Source: Aquificaceae bacterium
GTDB taxonomy: Bacteria > Aquificota > Aquificia > Aquificales > Aquificaceae
Assembly (NCBI GenBank): GCA_037925075.1
Contig: JAXSNR010000002.1
Location: 416,001 to 480,000, forward strand
Length of the DNA: 64,000 nt
Direction: 5' to 3'
Notes under the pieces: model-generated
What the model was told of the DNA's origin: nothing
What the model saw: only the letters and a program-made list of their open reading frames with translations
The model's database searches: none
Shown: in pieces, positions 39,296 through 49,936 of the stretch
Numbering within the stretch: position 1 is the stretch's first letter
Layout: each line of letters opens with the position of its first letter
Translations under genes and position numbers: made by a program

Positions 39296-40209
39296 TTTTA
39301 TCTTTTAAACCATTTGGTTTTTTAAGCTCTTTGCCTACCGCACACACTTTTTTTGGAGTTTTCTGTTGGGGTGTTAGGCTATTTTATGGAGAGGAAAAGC
39401 TTAAGGAGTTTTTAAACTCATACAAGGAAAGCCCAGCCCTGCTATTTTCTTCGCCTATATACAAGAGAGATAATAAGTTATTTTTCCCTAAACCTGCCTA
39501 TTTAAAAATTAAAGAAGAATCACCGCAAGCTTATAGCCTGCAAGCTTATAGAAACCGCAAAAAGCTTAAGACCATAAAGTTTGTATCAGAGGATGTTCTA
39601 AGGAAATTCTTGGAAGGTAAAGAGTTAGAATTTTCTGAGCTTCTTAATGAAGGAGATATTTATGAGACCGCCTTGATACCTCATGCCAGTATAAACAGAA
39701 TTACAAACACAACCACTGGAGGAGAGCTATTTTTTGAAAGTATATACGGCACATCTGAGTTTATTGTCCTGATAAAGATAAATAGATGGATTTTTAATGA
39801 GGAACCAAAAAAGTTATTCTCCGCAATTTACAATCTTTTACCACTTGGTGGAAATAAATCCACCGGTAGAGGTCTTTTTGAAGTTAGCATACAGGAGCCA
39901 CCGCAATGGCTTTTGGAGTACGCCAACAGAGATGGTGAGTATTTTTACAGTCTTTCTGACTTCTTGTACGATGATTCCTTTGATTTGGATGGGAGCTATT
40001 ATGAGGTGGAGGCAAAAAGGTTTGCGGTGGAAAACTACTTTGAGAAATCAGACCTACTTTGGAAGGGTCCTATGCTTATTATAAAGGCTGGTGCCATAAT
40101 GAAAACTAAGGGTAAAAAGGAAAGCTACGGCATGCTAAAGGAATTTCATAATAAATATTACCACTATGGTTATGCCTTTCCCATCTATATGAGGGGGAAG
40201 CCAAAATGA
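39286..40209 (+). CDS. csm4: type III-A Csm4
   Basis: TFFG, FSSP, INRIT, LGGNKSTGRG and YGYAF. Confidence 0.9.
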   Translation: MFLILSFKPFGFLSSLPTAHTFFGVFCWGVRLFYGEEKLKEFLNSYKESPALLFSSPIYKRDNKLFFPKPAYLKIKEESPQAYSLQAYRNRKKLKTIKFVSEDVLRKFLEGKELEFSELLNEGDIYETALIPHASINRITNTTTGGELFFESIYGTSEFIVLIKINRWIFNEEPKKLFSAIYNLLPLGGNKSTGRGLFEVSIQEPPQWLLEYANRDGEYFYSLSDFLYDDSFDLDGSYYEVEAKRFAVENYFEKSDLLWKGPMLIIKAGAIMKTKGKKESYGMLKEFHNKYYHYGYAFPIYMRGKPK

Positions 40210-41327
40210 TGGAGAAGATAGACTTTGAATTGGAAGTTTTAAGCCCTGTGCATATTGGAAGTGGTGAGAAAATTACCAATTGGGAGTATATAATAGAAGG
40301 GGGCTACCTTAAGGTTTATCCTTATGAACACCTAATATCTTATCTTCATAAGAAAAATCCAAAGTATCTTGAAGTTCTTAGAAACTCAATGCGAGATAAA
40401 GACTTTAGCCTTTTAAAGTTGAAACAAACAAACATAAACATAGGGGAGCCACTTTATGAACTTAAATTAGCCTTGCCCTTGAGGACAAGAGAAGTAGAAC
40501 TTTTCATCAAATCTCTTGGTAAGCCGTACATACCGGGTAGTGAGCTAAAGGGAGCTTTGAGAACCGCTTACATAGGGGGGCTTTTGCTTGAAAACGGGGA
40601 TTTAAGAAATCAGGTAGAAAGAAAGCTGATTGGAGAACTTAAGAAAGGGGGAAATATTCGCGAGTTGCTTGCAAATGTGGGTTCAAAGAAGAGGGGAAAT
40701 TTTGAAGAAATCCTCCTATATCCAAAGCTGGAAAACGAAGTTAAACAAGATGCGAAGTATGACCTATTTAGGGCTATATCTTTCCCTGACCTGTTTTTTG
40801 ATATAGACAATCTACGTGTTGAAGTGCCAAAGATTGTAGGTTCAAACAGACCTCTTAACGCCTACGCCTGTGAAGCACTGAAAAAAGGAACAAGGATTAA
40901 GGGGAGCCTTATGATAAACATGTCCCATATTAATAAAATGGTAGAGCTTGAAAATCTCACTTATCCGCATATGAACCTGAGCTGGGAGAGACTAAAGGAG
41001 CTTTCTAATAAGTTTTACAGTCGTGTTATAGAGCTTGAGATGGAGTTTTTCAATAATATGCAAAAGGAAGATACAGTGAATCATCTAAAAAAGATTTTAG
41101 ACAGATTAAATAATGGAATTCTTTTACGCATTGGAAAACATCAAGGGTATCTAAGTACTACTATTATGTCGGTTTTTAAAGAGTCCAACGATTTTAAAGA
41201 GCCCAACGAGAGGCTTTTTGAGAAGGTATATTTAGGGAGCTTTAATAGGGTCCGGAATGAAAAGCCAAAGACCAGAAGGCTTAGTTCGGATGATTCAACC
41301 TTTGGTTGGGTTCTTCTTGTAAAATAG
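40206..41327 (+). CDS. csm5: type III-A Csm5
   Basis: LSPVHIGSG, PYIPGSELKGALRTA, LRIGKHQG and FGWV. Confidence 0.92.
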   Translation: MMEKIDFELEVLSPVHIGSGEKITNWEYIIEGGYLKVYPYEHLISYLHKKNPKYLEVLRNSMRDKDFSLLKLKQTNINIGEPLYELKLALPLRTREVELFIKSLGKPYIPGSELKGALRTAYIGGLLLENGDLRNQVERKLIGELKKGGNIRELLANVGSKKRGNFEEILLYPKLENEVKQDAKYDLFRAISFPDLFFDIDNLRVEVPKIVGSNRPLNAYACEALKKGTRIKGSLMINMSHINKMVELENLTYPHMNLSWERLKELSNKFYSRVIELEMEFFNNMQKEDTVNHLKKILDRLNNGILLRIGKHQGYLSTTIMSVFKESNDFKEPNERLFEKVYLGSFNRVRNEKPKTRRLSSDDSTFGWVLLVK

Positions 41328-41332
41328 TATGA

Positions 41333-42571
41333 ATGAAGCTTTTGGTGGTAAAGTTTGGCGGGACTTCTGTAGGAAGCCTTGAGAGGATTCAAAACTCCGC
41401 AAAGAGGGTGGTTGAAAAGTTAAAAGAAGGCTACAGGGTGGTGGTGGTCTCTTCCGCCATGGCGGGGGAGACGGACAGGCTTATAAACCTTGCAAAACAG
41501 ATAGACCCTATGCCCTCTGAGCGTGAGCTTGATATGCTTGTATCCACCGGCGAACAGCAAGCCATAGCCCTCTTTGCTATGACACTTCAAAAGCTTGGAG
41601 TTCCATCAATTAGCCTTTGTGGTTGGCAGGTGCCCGTAATCACCGATAAGGTGCATACAAAGGCAAAGATAGAGAAAATAGGTATCCAGAGGCTAAAAAA
41701 CCTACTTCAAGAAGGTTATACACCTGTTGTGGCCGGTTTTCAGGGGGTTACGGAAGATTGGGAGATTACCACGCTTGGCAGAGGGGGTTCTGACCTTTCT
41801 GCGGTAGCCCTTGCCTATGCCCTTGGTGCAGACTGTGAGATATACACAGATGTGGAAGGTGTCTTTACCGCAGACCCAAGGATAGTGCCCAACGCGAGGA
41901 AGATACCTGTAATATCCTACGAAGAGATGCTTGAGATGGCCTCTTTGGGTGCAAAAGTGATGCAAGCAAGGAGTATTGAATTTGCTATGAAATACGGTGT
42001 TAGGATACATGTAAGAAGCTCTTTTACAGACAGCGAAGGGACTTGGATAGTCCCGGAGGAGGAAGTGATGGAAAAAAGCGTGGTAAGAGCCATAACCCTT
42101 GAAAGGAACGAATCAAGGATAACCGTGGTGCGGGTGCCAGATAGACCGGGCATAGCTTACAGTATCTTTAAGGCTCTTGGTGATGCCCATATTGTGGTGG
42201 ATATGATAGTTCAAAATGTGTCCCATCAGGGCTATACGGATATGTCCTTTACCGTAAATAAGGCGGACGCACCAAAGGCGGAGGAGATAGTCCGAAAGGT
42301 TGCACAAAGTATAGGGGCTCAGGAGGTGGTAAGGGATGACAGGATAGCAAAGGTTTCGGTGGTGGGTATAGGTATGAGGAGTTCTTACGGCACCGCAGCC
42401 AAAATGTTTGAGGTGCTATACAAAAACGGCGTAAACATAATGGCTATTTCCACTTCGGAAATAAAGATTTCCTGCCTTATAGAGGACAAGTATGGGGAGT
42501 TGGCTGTTAGAGAGCTTCATAGGGCTTTCATAGAAGAAGGTGAGGAGATAAAGGTGGTCAATGACTCCTGA
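41333..42571 (+). CDS. lysC: aspartate kinase
   Basis: [29 protein letters not shown] and ACT domains. Confidence 0.96.
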   Translation: MKLLVVKFGGTSVGSLERIQNSAKRVVEKLKEGYRVVVVSSAMAGETDRLINLAKQIDPMPSERELDMLVSTGEQQAIALFAMTLQKLGVPSISLCGWQVPVITDKVHTKAKIEKIGIQRLKNLLQEGYTPVVAGFQGVTEDWEITTLGRGGSDLSAVALAYALGADCEIYTDVEGVFTADPRIVPNARKIPVISYEEMLEMASLGAKVMQARSIEFAMKYGVRIHVRSSFTDSEGTWIVPEEEVMEKSVVRAITLERNESRITVVRVPDRPGIAYSIFKALGDAHIVVDMIVQNVSHQGYTDMSFTVNKADAPKAEEIVRKVAQSIGAQEVVRDDRIAKVSVVGIGMRSSYGTAAKMFEVLYKNGVNIMAISTSEIKISCLIEDKYGELAVRELHRAFIEEGEEIKVVNDS

Positions 42572-43505
42572 AAGAGTGCAAGAGATCCTTGAAGGGTTTA
42601 AAAGCCTGAAAATCCTTGTGGTGGGGGATGTGATACTTGACAGGTATGTGTTTGGAAAAGTGGAAAGGATTTCTCCAGAGGCTCCTGTGCCAGTGGTGGA
42701 GGTCCAAAGGGAGGAGTTCAGGCTTGGTGGTGCGGGAAATGTGGCCAACAATTTGGCAAGTCTTGGCGTAAAAACCTATCTACTTGGTGTGGTGGGGCAA
42801 GACTACGGAAGGCATATTATAAAAGGGCTTTTAAAGGAGTCAGGCATAGAAGACTTGCTTGTGGAAGACCAAGCAAGACCTACCACAGAGAAAACTCGCA
42901 TAGTTGCCCTATCCCAACAGCTTTTGAGGGTGGACAGTGAAAGTAGAAAATTAGTAGAGGGTAAGGTGTTAGAAAAACTTTTGGAGGGATTGGACATAGA
43001 GGTGGATGGTATAGTGGTTTCTGACTATGCCAAGGGGGTGGTGTGCAAAAGGGTTATGGACAGATTAAGGGAAAGGGGTCTTTTTTTTTCTATTGATCCA
43101 AGACCGCAAAACAAAAGCCTGTATATGGGTGCAAGCCTGATGACTCCCAACGAAAAGGAAGCAAGGGGTATGTTTGAGGGGGAAAGCTTGCAAGAGCTTG
43201 GCTGGGGTCTAAAGAGGAAGCTAAAACTGGAGACCTTAGCCATAACCTTGGGTGCAAAGGGTATGGCTCTCTTTGATAAGGAGTTTAAGGTTTTCCCTGC
43301 AAGGGCTAAGCAAGTGTATGATGTTTCTGGTGCGGGTGATACAGTGGTTGCGGTGCTTACCGCCTGTGCCCTTTCTGGGGTTGATTGGGATATGGCTTGT
43401 GAGCTTGCAAACCTATGTGCGGGCATAGTGGTTGGCAAACTTGGCACCGCAGTGGTAAAGCCTGAAGAAATACTTCAGAGCCTTGAGGAAGGGTGTGGAA
43501 TTTGA
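42561..43505 (+). CDS. rfaE1: D-glycero-beta-D-manno-heptose-7-phosphate kinase
   Basis: [23 protein letters not shown] and DVSGAGDTV. Confidence 0.93.
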   Translation: MTPERVQEILEGFKSLKILVVGDVILDRYVFGKVERISPEAPVPVVEVQREEFRLGGAGNVANNLASLGVKTYLLGVVGQDYGRHIIKGLLKESGIEDLLVEDQARPTTEKTRIVALSQQLLRVDSESRKLVEGKVLEKLLEGLDIEVDGIVVSDYAKGVVCKRVMDRLRERGLFFSIDPRPQNKSLYMGASLMTPNEKEARGMFEGESLQELGWGLKRKLKLETLAITLGAKGMALFDKEFKVFPARAKQVYDVSGAGDTVVAVLTACALSGVDWDMACELANLCAGIVVGKLGTAVVKPEEILQSLEEGCGI

Positions 43506-43812
43506 AGAGCTTGCGGTAAGCTATTTGGAAAAACTCGGCTACAAAGTGCTTCACAGAAACTATCACTGCAAAACTGGAGAGATAGACATAATAGCCCTTG
43601 ACGAAAAAACCTTGGTTTTTGTGGAAGTAAAGGGAGGTATAACCAAACATCTTGGCGACCCTTTGGAAAGACTAAACAAGAAAAAGATAGAAAGACTGCT
43701 GGGATGCATAGAGAGATATCTTCAAGAGCATCCAACGGAAGATTACAGAATTGATGTGATTGTGATAAGGAAAGGCGGTTTAGAACATATAAAGGGGGTT
43801 GAACTATACTAA
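43483..43812 (+). CDS. YraN family nuclease-like protein
   Basis: GEIDII, VFVEVK and RIDVI. Confidence 0.88.
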   Translation: MRKGVEFEELAVSYLEKLGYKVLHRNYHCKTGEIDIIALDEKTLVFVEVKGGITKHLGDPLERLNKKKIERLLGCIERYLQEHPTEDYRIDVIVIRKGGLEHIKGVELY

Positions 43813-43999
43813 GTATGCTCTACTTTTTCTTTCGTTAAGGTAGCTGTCTTAAATCACTCATTTTATCCTTTATGCCACTTGGCGGTATTTTAGCCCTATA
43901 TCCACATAGCTATTAAAGTCCTTTATGGCTTTCTCAAAAGCTGAGACGCTTGAAGAAAAGTCATCAAGCCTTTTATCTATCCAACCACCGCACCTGCCA

Positions 44000-44782
44000 C
44001 TATGATAACTTATAAATATCAATGAGAAACCTATCAAAGAGCAAATCCACACTGAGGCATTTCCTTTCATCGCATGTGTTAGGAAAGCATGGGCTACAAA
44101 AAAGTTCAAGGCTTATCTGAAATACCCTTTCTCCTATTGGCCTCCATATTACTGGATTAGTGGGTCCATAAAAGATAAAGGTGGGAAGACCACAGTAGCT
44201 GGCAAGATGAGAAAGGCCACTGTCAAGTCCTACAAAAAGCTTGGCACTTTTCAACGCCTTTGCTATCTCAAGGGGTGAAAAGCTTTCAAAGTAGTTTTTA
44301 ACGTGGTCCCTTAGCCACTGGTCCGCCTCTCCCACAAGGTATATGGTTTTGTAGCCCTCTTTTTTTAGAAATCTTTCAATTCTCAAAAAGAGTTCAAGGG
44401 GTGGGTTTTTCTTCCAAGAGCCACTGGAAGGGTGAAGGACTATGTGGTTTTCAAGTGGGCTTTTTTCCATAGGCTCAAGGGGGAGGGTTTTTGAAAAGCT
44501 TCCTGTAAGGGATGCACTCCTAAGGTAATGCTCCACAATCCACATTCTTTTTTCTGGGAAGGGCTTTATGTTTCCATCAAGGGATATGACAATTTTGCCC
44601 TCAAATTCATACTTTGGCACCTCCGAGCTGATTTCGTCAGCCCATCCCACCTCTTTGGCAATTATAAGGTAGTCTGTGTTTCCAACCGCCCATAGTCTCT
44701 TTCCAGACTTTTTTAAAAGCTCAAGCAAGGGAAAGGTCAGAAGGGTATCTCCAAGACCACCGCGACGATAAAACAGCCACAT
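44000..44782 (-). CDS. glycosyltransferase family 9 (heptosyltransferase-like)
   Basis: GGLGDTLL, LHPSSG, DSGLSHLA and YGPT. Confidence 0.85.
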   Translation of the reverse strand: MWLFYRRGGLGDTLLTFPLLELLKKSGKRLWAVGNTDYLIIAKEVGWADEISSEVPKYEFEGKIVISLDGNIKPFPEKRMWIVEHYLRSASLTGSFSKTLPLEPMEKSPLENHIVLHPSSGSWKKNPPLELFLRIERFLKKEGYKTIYLVGEADQWLRDHVKNYFESFSPLEIAKALKSAKLFVGLDSGLSHLASYCGLPTFIFYGPTNPVIWRPIGERVFQISLELFCSPCFPNTCDERKCLSVDLLFDRFLIDIYKLS

Positions 44783-44799
44783 GGTATAATAAGAGATTT

Positions 44800-45372
44800 A
44801 TGATAAACCACAACGTTTTTATCGCACTGCTTCACTATCCCGCCATGGACAAAGAAGGAAAAACCATAATAACCTCCTTTACAACTATGGACCTACATGA
44901 TATTGCCCGTCCCGCAAGGGCCTATGAGATAAACGCTTACTACATTGTCCAGCCTGTGGATGCACAAAGGCTCGTTATAAAAAAACAGATAGAATACTGG
45001 CTTTCTGAAGAGGGTCTGAGGACAAATCCCACAAGAAACGAGGTGGTAAGGCTCGTAAAGCTTTGCTACACCTTTGATGAAGTCCTTGAGGATATTCAAG
45101 CTCTCAGAGGCAGTAAGCCGGTGGTTGTGGGAACGGACGCAAGGACTTATCCAAACACCGTTTCCTACCGATGGCTGTCGGAAGAAATACAAAAAAGGGA
45201 AAGGGACTTTCTCATAGTTTTTGGCACAGGCTATGGCATTCCACCATCCCTTATGAACACCTTTGATTACATACTTGAGCCCATATACGGTGCTGGAGAT
45301 TGGAACCACCTGTCTGTTAGAAACGCGGTCGCCATAATCCTTGATAGACTTTTAAGCAGGAACAGGTGCTAA
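44800..45372 (+). CDS. SPOUT-type SAM-dependent RNA methyltransferase (TrmD C-terminal-like family)
   Basis: LLHYP, DLHDIAR, FGTGYG and NHLSVR..AIILDRL. Confidence 0.82.
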   Translation: MINHNVFIALLHYPAMDKEGKTIITSFTTMDLHDIARPARAYEINAYYIVQPVDAQRLVIKKQIEYWLSEEGLRTNPTRNEVVRLVKLCYTFDEVLEDIQALRGSKPVVVGTDARTYPNTVSYRWLSEEIQKRERDFLIVFGTGYGIPPSLMNTFDYILEPIYGAGDWNHLSVRNAVAIILDRLLSRNRC

Positions 45373-45373
45373 G

Positions 45374-46453
45374 ATGCTTTACCATATAGCCCTATACCTT
45401 AGAGATTACCTGTTTGCCTTTAACGTTTTTAAGTACATAAGCTTCCGCTCTTTTCTGGCGGTTTTTGTTGCCTTTTTTATTACGCTTGTTTTAACTCCCA
45501 TATTCATGAAAAAGATGAAGGCCCTTCAAAGGCTTTTAAAGGGGTATGTAAGAGAATACACGCCGGAGGGGCATTTAGTTAAAAAGTACACTCCTACTAT
45601 GGGCGGTATTGTAGTAGTGCTTTCTGTCTTTTTTACATCTTTTCTTCTCATGAGGCTTGACCTTGTGTATTTTTGGATTATAACCTTTTGCATGCTTGGC
45701 TTTGCCCTGATAGGCTTCTGGGATGACTTTGTGAAGTTAAAAAACAAAAAGGGTATATCCGCAAGGAAGAAGTTCTTGGCACAGCTACTGGTCGCAGGAA
45801 TTACATCGGTTTTTATATACACATATAGCGGTGTTAATACAAAGCTTTACTTTCCTCTTTTTAAAAACCTTCAGATAGACCTCGGGCTTTTGTACATTCC
45901 CTTTGCCATGCTTGTTATAGTTGGCACTTCTAATGCGGTAAATCTTACCGATGGACTTGACGGCCTTGCCATAGGACCAGCGATGACAACCGTGGCAAGT
46001 ATGGGTGTAGTCGCTTATGCGGTGGGTCATGCGGGCATAGCCAACTACCTAAACATCCCCTATGTTCCCTATGCGGGAGATTTGACGGTTCTGTGCTTTG
46101 CGGTGGTGGGTGCTGGGCTTGGCTTTTTGTGGTTCAACGCCTTTCCCGCCCAGCTTTTTATGGGGGATGTGGGAGCCCTTGCCTTGGGTGCGGGTCTTGG
46201 GGTGATAGCCTTGGTGTCCAAGTCGGAGCTTTTGCTTCCCATAGCTGGTGGTGTGTTTGTCTTTGAGACTCTTTCTGTAATGCTACAGGTCGCCTACTTT
46301 AAGCTCACAAAGGGCAAAAGGCTCTTTAAAATGGCTCCCTTTCATCATCACCTTGAGCTTTCTGGTGTTCCCGAGCCAAAGATAGTGGTAAGGATGTGGA
46401 TAATATCACTACTTCTTGGCATCCTTGCACTTGCGACCTTAAAGCTAAGGTGA
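45374..46453 (+). CDS. mraY: phospho-N-acetylmuramoyl-pentapeptide transferase
   Basis: [26 protein letters not shown] and MAPFHHH. Confidence 0.96.
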   Translation: MLYHIALYLRDYLFAFNVFKYISFRSFLAVFVAFFITLVLTPIFMKKMKALQRLLKGYVREYTPEGHLVKKYTPTMGGIVVVLSVFFTSFLLMRLDLVYFWIITFCMLGFALIGFWDDFVKLKNKKGISARKKFLAQLLVAGITSVFIYTYSGVNTKLYFPLFKNLQIDLGLLYIPFAMLVIVGTSNAVNLTDGLDGLAIGPAMTTVASMGVVAYAVGHAGIANYLNIPYVPYAGDLTVLCFAVVGAGLGFLWFNAFPAQLFMGDVGALALGAGLGVIALVSKSELLLPIAGGVFVFETLSVMLQVAYFKLTKGKRLFKMAPFHHHLELSGVPEPKIVVRMWIISLLLGILALATLKLR

Positions 46454-46822
46454 AAGCAAGCGGCTTTTATAGGTGCATCTTCTACCCTTTAAAAGCTCCA
46501 CCACCGTATCCACAGGCTCGGGTGAAGAAACTATCACTATTCCAGCCTTTTCCTCAGGTGGAAGATAAGACCTTCCCACAAGCCTTTCTCCATCAATCCA
46601 ATAGACATACAGATCCAAGTGCGTATTTTTGTTCCAGAAGTGCCTTAAGGCTTTATCCTTGTAGAGAAAAACCATACCGTCATAGCCTTTAAGGAACCTT
46701 ATGTGCATAAGTCCCTTTTCGTGCTTTTCTGGTGTGTCCGCCACAAGAAGCTTACACTGGGGTTGCTTTGCCTGAGTGGTCCATGTTATCAAGAAAAGTA
46801 TGATATTGAAAATTATTAGCAT
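46445..46822 (-). CDS. DUF192 family protein
   Basis: VADT...GLM, GMVF, FWNKNT and VVEL. Confidence 0.8.
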   Translation of the reverse strand: MLIIFNIILFLITWTTQAKQPQCKLLVADTPEKHEKGLMHIRFLKGYDGMVFLYKDKALRHFWNKNTHLDLYVYWIDGERLVGRSYLPPEEKAGIVIVSSPEPVDTVVELLKGRRCTYKSRLLSP

Positions 46823-46842
46823 ATGGTTTATATTATATAACC

Positions 46843-47271
46843 ATGCTTAAGGAAGAAAAACTTCAGGAGTTTATAGAGGCTTGTAAGAACATGGGGCTAA
46901 AGATTACACCCCAGAGGATTGCGGTCTATGAGGTCTTGCTAAGTAGAGAAGACCACCCTACCGTTGAGGAGATTTACAATGAGATAAAGAAAAGGTATCC
47001 CTTTGTCTCTCTTGCGACCGTGTATAGAACCGTAGAGACCCTTGAGGAACTCGGATTTGTAAAAAGGGTTGCCTATTGGGGTGGCTCTGTGCGGTATGAT
47101 GCTAACATAAGCGACCATCATCACCTCATATGTACTCAATGCGGAGCCATAAAGGATGTGGAGTTTTGCATAGATTGGGATCCACCCGCTTACATGGAAG
47201 GATACAAGGTTCATAAGTATTCCTTGCACATATACGGAGTTTGTCCTAAATGTCAGGCGAGGGAGAATTAA
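46843..47271 (+). CDS. Fur/PerR family transcriptional regulator
   Basis: ITPQR, HPT, SLATVYR, HHHLICxxC and GxCxxC. Confidence 0.93.
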   Translation: MLKEEKLQEFIEACKNMGLKITPQRIAVYEVLLSREDHPTVEEIYNEIKKRYPFVSLATVYRTVETLEELGFVKRVAYWGGSVRYDANISDHHHLICTQCGAIKDVEFCIDWDPPAYMEGYKVHKYSLHIYGVCPKCQAREN

Positions 47272-47564
47272 GGGCTTACTCAAGGCAGGAAGTGGAAGAA
47301 AGGCTAAAAAGGCTTACCAACTGGCACTATCAAGAAGGTTTTATAATCAGGGACTTTATCACAAAAAACTGGAAGGAGACTGTCTTTCTCTTTAACACCA
47401 TAGCAGGCCTTGCGGAGGCTTACTGGCATCATCCCGATGTGGAAGTGGGTTTTAAAAGGCTTAGGGTAAAGCTTACCACTCACGAGGCTAGTGGTATCAC
47501 GGATAGGGACTTTAACTTGGCGGAGGAGATAGAAAAAATCTCTTCCCTTTTGCTAAAAAGGTGA
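47250..47564 (+). CDS. pterin-4-alpha-carbinolamine dehydratase
   Basis: HHPD and LTTH..GITDRD. Confidence 0.88.
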   Translation: MSGEGELRAYSRQEVEERLKRLTNWHYQEGFIIRDFITKNWKETVFLFNTIAGLAEAYWHHPDVEVGFKRLRVKLTTHEASGITDRDFNLAEEIEKISSLLLKR

Positions 47565-47582
47565 TATAATATAAACCTCTGA

Positions 47583-47660
47583 GGAGCCGTAGTTCAGCCC
47601 GGTCAGAACGCCGGCCTGTCAAGCCGGAGGGCGCGGGTTCAAGTCCCGTCGGCTCCGCCA
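47583..47660 (+). tRNA. tRNA-Asp (GTC)
   Basis: GGAGCCG acceptor, CTGTCAA loop, GGTTCAAGTCC and encoded CCA. Confidence 0.95.
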
Positions 47661-47682
47661 CTTGTATGTTATAATCTTGTCT

Positions 47683-48573
47683 ATGTTTCAAGGTTCTATT
47701 GTTGCCCTCATAACGCCCTTTAAGGATGGAGAGGTAGATTTCAAAGCCCTTGAAAACCTAATAGACTTTCATGTGAACAACCACACGGACGCCGTACTTG
47801 TCTGTGGAACTACAGGCGAATCCCCCACTCTCACCTTTGAAGAGCACGAAAAGGTAATAGAGCATGCGGTCAAGTACGCGGGTGGAAGGATCAAAGTTAT
47901 CGCGGGTACGGGAGCAAACGCCACTCACGAGGCTATAGAGCTTACATCCCACGCAAAGAAGGTGGGTGCGGACGCCTGTCTTCTTGTGGTTCCCTATTAC
48001 AACAAGCCCACACAGGAAGGACTATACCAACACTTTAAGACAGTGGCGGAAGAGGTGGATATACCCATAATTCTGTACAACATACCATCGAGAACCGGCG
48101 TGGAGATAGCTCCGGAAACCATCTACAGGCTTGTCAAAGACTGTCCCAACATAGTAGGCTCAAAGGAATCCACTCCCAACATGGACAGGATCTCCGAACT
48201 TAGAAGGCTTTTGGGTGAAAACTTTACAATCCTTTCGGGTGATGACTCTTTAACTCTTCCCATGATGGCTTTGGGTGCAAAGGGTGTGGTGTCCGTTGCC
48301 AACAACATAATGCCGAGAGAAGTCAAGGCTTTAGTGGATTACGCCCTAAGGGGTGATTTCCAAAGGGCAAGGGAGCTACACTATTACCTTTTTGACCTCT
48401 TTAAAGTGCTTTTTGTGGAGACAAACCCCATACCTGTAAAGACCGCATGCTGGGCTTTGGGTATGTGTGAAAAGGAGTTTAGGCTTCCCCTTTGTCCCAT
48501 GAAGCCAGAAAACGAAAGAAGGCTTTTACAAACCCTCAAAAACTATAATCTCCCTGTAGTTAGAAATGTTTAA
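47683..48573 (+). CDS. dapA: 4-hydroxy-tetrahydrodipicolinate synthase
   Basis: GTTGES, PYYNKP, LYNIPSRT, SGDD and NPIPVK. Confidence 0.96.
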   Translation: MFQGSIVALITPFKDGEVDFKALENLIDFHVNNHTDAVLVCGTTGESPTLTFEEHEKVIEHAVKYAGGRIKVIAGTGANATHEAIELTSHAKKVGADACLLVVPYYNKPTQEGLYQHFKTVAEEVDIPIILYNIPSRTGVEIAPETIYRLVKDCPNIVGSKESTPNMDRISELRRLLGENFTILSGDDSLTLPMMALGAKGVVSVANNIMPREVKALVDYALRGDFQRARELHYYLFDLFKVLFVETNPIPVKTACWALGMCEKEFRLPLCPMKPENERRLLQTLKNYNLPVVRNV

Positions 48574-48958
48574 GTTTCTTCTTTTTATAAACTCCCTCTA
48601 TCTTGGGCTTGGCTCTTTTTTTAGCTTTTTTGTGGCTCCTACCCTCTTTAAGGTGCTTCAAAGGGAACAGGCAGGTGCGGTGGTGGAGAGGGTCTTCCCA
48701 GTGTACTTTAGCGTGGGTCTGATGGTCTCCCTTTTTACCCTAGTGCTTGGCTTTAAGTACAGCAAGCTTATTGCAAGCCTTGCCTTATTTAATCTCATAC
48801 TTCATGCAATCCATGTTTTTTATGTGCTTCCTACCTCTCATGCCCTCAAGATGGTAGATTACCAAGCCTTTATGAAATGGCACGGCATATCCATGGGTAT
48901 GAACCTCCTTAGTCTTTTTCTTACGCTCCTTCTTTGCATCCTTCTCATGAGAAGATGA
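48566..48958 (+). CDS. DUF4149-like membrane protein
   Basis: Four TM helices; FVAPTLF and FPVYF motifs. Confidence 0.7.
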   Translation: MFKFLLFINSLYLGLGSFFSFFVAPTLFKVLQREQAGAVVERVFPVYFSVGLMVSLFTLVLGFKYSKLIASLALFNLILHAIHVFYVLPTSHALKMVDYQAFMKWHGISMGMNLLSLFLTLLLCILLMRR

Positions 48959-49329
48959 TAGAGTTGAGGCTCTCCATGCTTCCTGTGCCAAAGAGCAACA
49001 GGTACATAAGAAGAAGAGGGGGTAGAGTCTTTAAGCCTCCAAGGGTGAAAAACTGGGAGGCGAGAGCCCTATGGGAAATAAGAGAGCAGTACAAGGGCAA
49101 ACCCCTTGAAGGTAAGCTTTCCGTTTATGTGGAGCTTATACTTCCCAACCACAGAAGAAGGGACATAGACAACATGCTCAAAAGTTTGTGGGATGTTTTA
49201 GAAAAAGGGGGTGTAATAAAAAACGACAGCCAAATATATGAGGTGAGGACCATCAAGAGAGTCATAAAGGGTCAGCAGGGTACCATTATAGAACTTGGAG
49301 ACTTTAAGGATGCCCTTGAAGGTTATTGA
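48955..49329 (+). CDS. rusA: RusA family Holliday junction resolvase
   Basis: RDIDNMLK.LWD.L...NDSQI. Confidence 0.88.
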   Translation: MIELRLSMLPVPKSNRYIRRRGGRVFKPPRVKNWEARALWEIREQYKGKPLEGKLSVYVELILPNHRRRDIDNMLKSLWDVLEKGGVIKNDSQIYEVRTIKRVIKGQQGTIIELGDFKDALEGY

Positions 49330-49936
49330 TCATCCACTACTGAGGCATAAGCTAAATTTTGTAAGAAACAGACATACACCGCCAGAAAGGCTCAGAAGCC
49401 TCCTTGAGGAGATAACCTTGATGGCTATGCCTCTTGTTCTTGATGAGCTACCTCTAAAGGTAGAAACCATTGAAACGCCCATAGATTCAGAGAGCTTTGA
49501 GTTTGTGGAGGAGGAGAAGTTTGTTTTTGTTTGCATACTGAGGGCAGGTCTTCCCATGCTCAACGGTGCTCTTAGGGCAATGCCTGGTGCAAAGGCAGGC
49601 TTTTTTGCCATAAAAAGAAACGAGCAGACCCTTAAGCCGGAACTCTTTTACAAAAGATTGCCCCCGATAGAAAACAAGCATGTTCTGGTGCTTGACCCAA
49701 TGCTGGCAACTGGTGGTACCCTTAGCCTTGTTTTGAGTGAGCTAAAGCTTCTAAAGCCCAAAAGGCTAATATCTTTAAACCTTGTCGCCTCACCTCAAGG
49801 AATTCAGAAGATAACCTCGGAACATCCAGAGGTTGAGCTTTTTATCCTTAGCATAGACAAAGGGTTGAACTCCGCCGGCTACATAGTGCCGGGAGTGGGA
49901 GACATAGGAGATAGACTTTTTAATGAAGGTCTTTGA
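49310..49936 (+). CDS. upp: uracil phosphoribosyltransferase
   Basis: ILRAG, DPMLATGG and YIVPGVGDIGDR. Confidence 0.94.
   Translation: MPLKVIDHPLLRHKLNFVRNRHTPPERLRSLLEEITLMAMPLVLDELPLKVETIETPIDSESFEFVEEEKFVFVCILRAGLPMLNGALRAMPGAKAGFFAIKRNEQTLKPELFYKRLPPIENKHVLVLDPMLATGGTLSLVLSELKLLKPKRLISLNLVASPQGIQKITSEHPEVELFILSIDKGLNSAGYIVPGVGDIGDRLFNEGL

Noticed and set aside
43813..43999. coding-looking minus-strand fragment (IDKRLDDFSSSVSAFEKAIKDF...)
   Set aside because: No credible start or recognisable family; at most a gene remnant
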